A stretch of 64,000 bases of DNA from Patescibacteria group bacterium (GTDB lineage Bacteria > Patescibacteriota > Patescibacteriia > PEXW01): positions 39,234 through 103,233 of the forward strand of contig JBBTVB010000006.1 in the NCBI GenBank assembly GCA_038063455.1, read 5' to 3'. Shown here one piece after another: positions 62,050 to 64,000 of the stretch (the first letter of the stretch is position 1; the number at the start of each line of letters is the position of its first letter). A model generated the notes under the pieces. It had not been told where the DNA came from, made no database searches, and saw only the letters and a program-made list of their open reading frames with translations. The position numbers and the translations under genes were made by a program.

Positions 62050-63186
62050 ATGGAAAAAATCACACCGACACCAGCGAAGGCCCCCATGAACGCAAAAATA
62101 TTTGCGGTGTTCTTGCTGGTCTTTACCGGCATCCTGGTTGCCTTGCACATTGCCTTGGCAATCGGCTGGGTATGGACGTTTGAAGTTGAAAACGCCAGGC
62201 GGACCTGGCTGATTTTTATCCTGCTGGGCATGAGCTTCCCAGTTATGTCGGCGGTGGTATTCTGGCGGGAAACCCGCTTTACCAATAGCCTGTACACCCT
62301 CACTTCGGTGTGGCTGGGCTTCTCGCTCTACGTGGCCATAGCAGTTATCCTGGGCGTGCTCGCCGGCATTGCCGAACTACTCTTTGGCTGGCAACTAACG
62401 CTTGGGAACATTATGATCGGCCTGCTGGCACTGGCCACTGCCTACGCCAGCTACGGCTTGTGGAATGCCTGGCACCCGGTGGCAAAAAGAATTACGGTTC
62501 AGATTCCCAATTTGCCTACAGCTTGGCAAGGGAAAAGAGTAGTCCAACTTTCGGATATCCACCTTGGGCCAATCCATCGGGAGCGCTTTGCCAGCATGGT
62601 GGTAAAAATGACGAACGCGGAAAACCCGGCCGCGGTCTTTGTAACCGGCGATTTGTTTGACGGGGGCGGCTTGGAACTGCATAAACTCGCTGACCCATTG
62701 AATGGCTTGCAAAGTGAACACGGCACCTTCTACATTACCGGCAACCACGAAACCTATGTAGGGGTTGACCGCTCGCTGGAAGCCCTTAAAAATATTCCCA
62801 TGAAAATCCTGCGGGATGAAAAAGTCGACGTGGCAGGACTGCAGATCTTGGGTATTGAATACCCCCTGCCCAACCAGAAAAAAGACGTCGCCCCCGCGCT
62901 TGCCCTCCTGGACCGGAACCGGCCGAATATTGTACTGTACCACGAACCCAAGTTTATCAATGAATTCCGCGCGGCCGGCGCACACCTGGTGCTCTGCGGC
63001 CACACGCACGTGGGACAAATGTGGCCGTTTAACTACATCACCCGCAAAGTGTACCGCGGCTATGACTACGGCCTGCACACCGAAGGGACCTTCAACCAGT
63101 ACACCTCTTCTGGCGTGGGCACCTGGGGCCCGCCCATGCGTACGGGCAACCGACCAGAGATTGTGGTGATTACGCTGGAAGCATAG
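62050..63186 (+). CDS. Membrane-anchored metallophosphoesterase (calcineurin-like)
   Basis: It has 5-6 N-terminal TM helices and MPP motifs D-x-H (LSDIHLGP), GDLFDGG, GNHE and GHTH. Confidence 0.75.
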   Translation: MEKITPTPAKAPMNAKIFAVFLLVFTGILVALHIALAIGWVWTFEVENARRTWLIFILLGMSFPVMSAVVFWRETRFTNSLYTLTSVWLGFSLYVAIAVILGVLAGIAELLFGWQLTLGNIMIGLLALATAYASYGLWNAWHPVAKRITVQIPNLPTAWQGKRVVQLSDIHLGPIHRERFASMVVKMTNAENPAAVFVTGDLFDGGGLELHKLADPLNGLQSEHGTFYITGNHETYVGVDRSLEALKNIPMKILRDEKVDVAGLQILGIEYPLPNQKKDVAPALALLDRNRPNIVLYHEPKFINEFRAAGAHLVLCGHTHVGQMWPFNYITRKVYRGYDYGLHTEGTFNQYTSSGVGTWGPPMRTGNRPEIVVITLEA

Positions 63187-63203
63187 TTGAACGGGTGGGG
63201 ATG

Positions 63204-63230
63204 AGAAAAAACCCCACGAAATTTCGTGGG
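63204..63230 (-). terminator. Rho-independent terminator for the 63249-63644 gene (CCCCACGAAA-TTTCGTGGGG + TTTTTTCT on minus strand)
   Basis: A perfect hairpin with the U-run on the minus strand. Confidence 0.55.
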
Positions 63231-63248
63231 GTCGTAGTCATGCAGCTG

Positions 63249-63644
63249 CTACACAATGTGTTTCAAGATACAATTTCTGACCTTTTCGGAAATATCATCT
63301 CCATTAAAGGCAAGGGAGTACCTAATATCCACAAGATAACTTCTTAAGGTAATCGAGACTATGCCCTTAATCCGAAAAAGTTCCTGTACGATTTTCGGTT
63401 GTTTTTCAACTTGATGATTTGGACCACCGAAAGTCAGAACATCATAGGTGGTTATGAGCTCGCTTAGATGGAATTCCACTGAACCATCAAAACACTTTTT
63501 GATAACGACGGTTGGCGCATGGACTTTTGATCCTTCTTCGATAGCAAAATCCATTCTTGCTTTTTTGAGCAACCACATGGCAAATCTTTGCATCAGTGTT
63601 GCCTGCTGTGGAACCGTGAATCTCATCGTTTGTGAAAGAGACAT
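63249..63644 (-). CDS. Hypothetical protein (AT-rich gene)
   Basis: 131 aa with no recognisable motif. Confidence 0.35.
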   Translation of the reverse strand: MSLSQTMRFTVPQQATLMQRFAMWLLKKARMDFAIEEGSKVHAPTVVIKKCFDGSVEFHLSELITTYDVLTFGGPNHQVEKQPKIVQELFRIKGIVSITLRSYLVDIRYSLAFNGDDISEKVRNCILKHIV

Positions 63645-63952
63645 GTACCTCCGTGCCTTGCGTTGTTGGTTGGTTGGCTATCTTTTCGCAAGGCGGCGCA
63701 TTGGGCAAGATAGATAAATCCCAATGGCCATATTTCTACAACCCCAGCCTATGGGCATTACCGTGGAATGTCAATAGCAAGTACTGCCCACTAAACGCGA
63801 GACAGAAGCACTAAAATAATACCAGCACCGGCTGAAGATTGTGCCAATTACAATTACCAGCTAGGGCGGTTTACAAGGCTTGACAAGACTCCTATTTGAG
63901 GTAAGCTTGGGCGAAATTGAACTTTACAAACCTAGGAAAGGGTTGAAGAAAT

Positions 63953-64000
63953 GTATGTGGGAAAACGTGAAAAACTGCGGATGCAGTTTCAACGAGAACA
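63953..64000 (+). CDS. Possible start of a plus-strand gene running off the right edge
   Basis: An ATG preceded by AAGGG (MYVGKREKLRMQFQRE...). Only 16 codons are visible. Confidence 0.15.

Noticed and set aside
1-64000. CRISPR arrays, rRNA genes, transposases or integrases.
   Set aside because: No run of three or more regularly spaced identical direct repeats, no rRNA-like conserved stretches, and no DDE-transposase or tyrosine/serine-recombinase motifs were found in any frame. The only nuclease-type mobile candidates are the GIY-YIG and DUF559 ORFs, reported separately.

Overview
This 64-kb window looks like a chromosomal segment from a small-genome bacterium with many membrane/secreted hypothetical proteins, possibly CPR/Patescibacteria-like. 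Gene order is consistent with that: a reduced dcw cluster (mraZ-rsmH-ftsL-ftsI-murF), rplJ-rplL, rpsB-tsf, rpmE-prfA-prmC, ftsE-ftsX, xseA-xseB, lexA plus Y-family polymerases, and six tRNA genes. Most genes are on the minus strand. Composition is strongly heterogeneous. About 400-6300 is AT-rich, against a GC-rich backbone judged by eye, and carries an unusual cluster. That cluster holds a multi-pass-membrane+GAF sensor histidine kinase running off the left edge and two kinase-less membrane+GAF paralogs. It also holds a ThiF-family E1-like enzyme, a small membrane protein and a LuxI/FeeM-like GNAT N-acyltransferase. The switch to GC-rich sequence falls inside the kinase gene, within its GAF domain. 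The tRNA region (48.6-53.0 kb) is dense with repeats. A conserved ~75-130-nt structured 'trailer' follows four tRNA 3' ends. There are duplicated and degenerate tRNA fragments and a GIY-YIG nuclease ORF between rpmG and tRNA-Trp with a duplicated tRNA 5' fragment. Other features are a repeated intergenic element combining a DnaA-box-like 9-mer with a perfect 16-bp palindrome, and a cluster of consensus DnaA boxes upstream of mraZ. A DUF559 endonuclease gene is flanked by matching hairpins. An AT-rich block near 57.7-59 kb sits beside a TraG/VirD4-like ATPase. No rRNA, CRISPR array, transposase or integrase was seen. All functional calls are from reading the translations and motifs by eye, with no searches run. 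Coordinates may be off by about 1 nt where I indexed the raw sequence myself.
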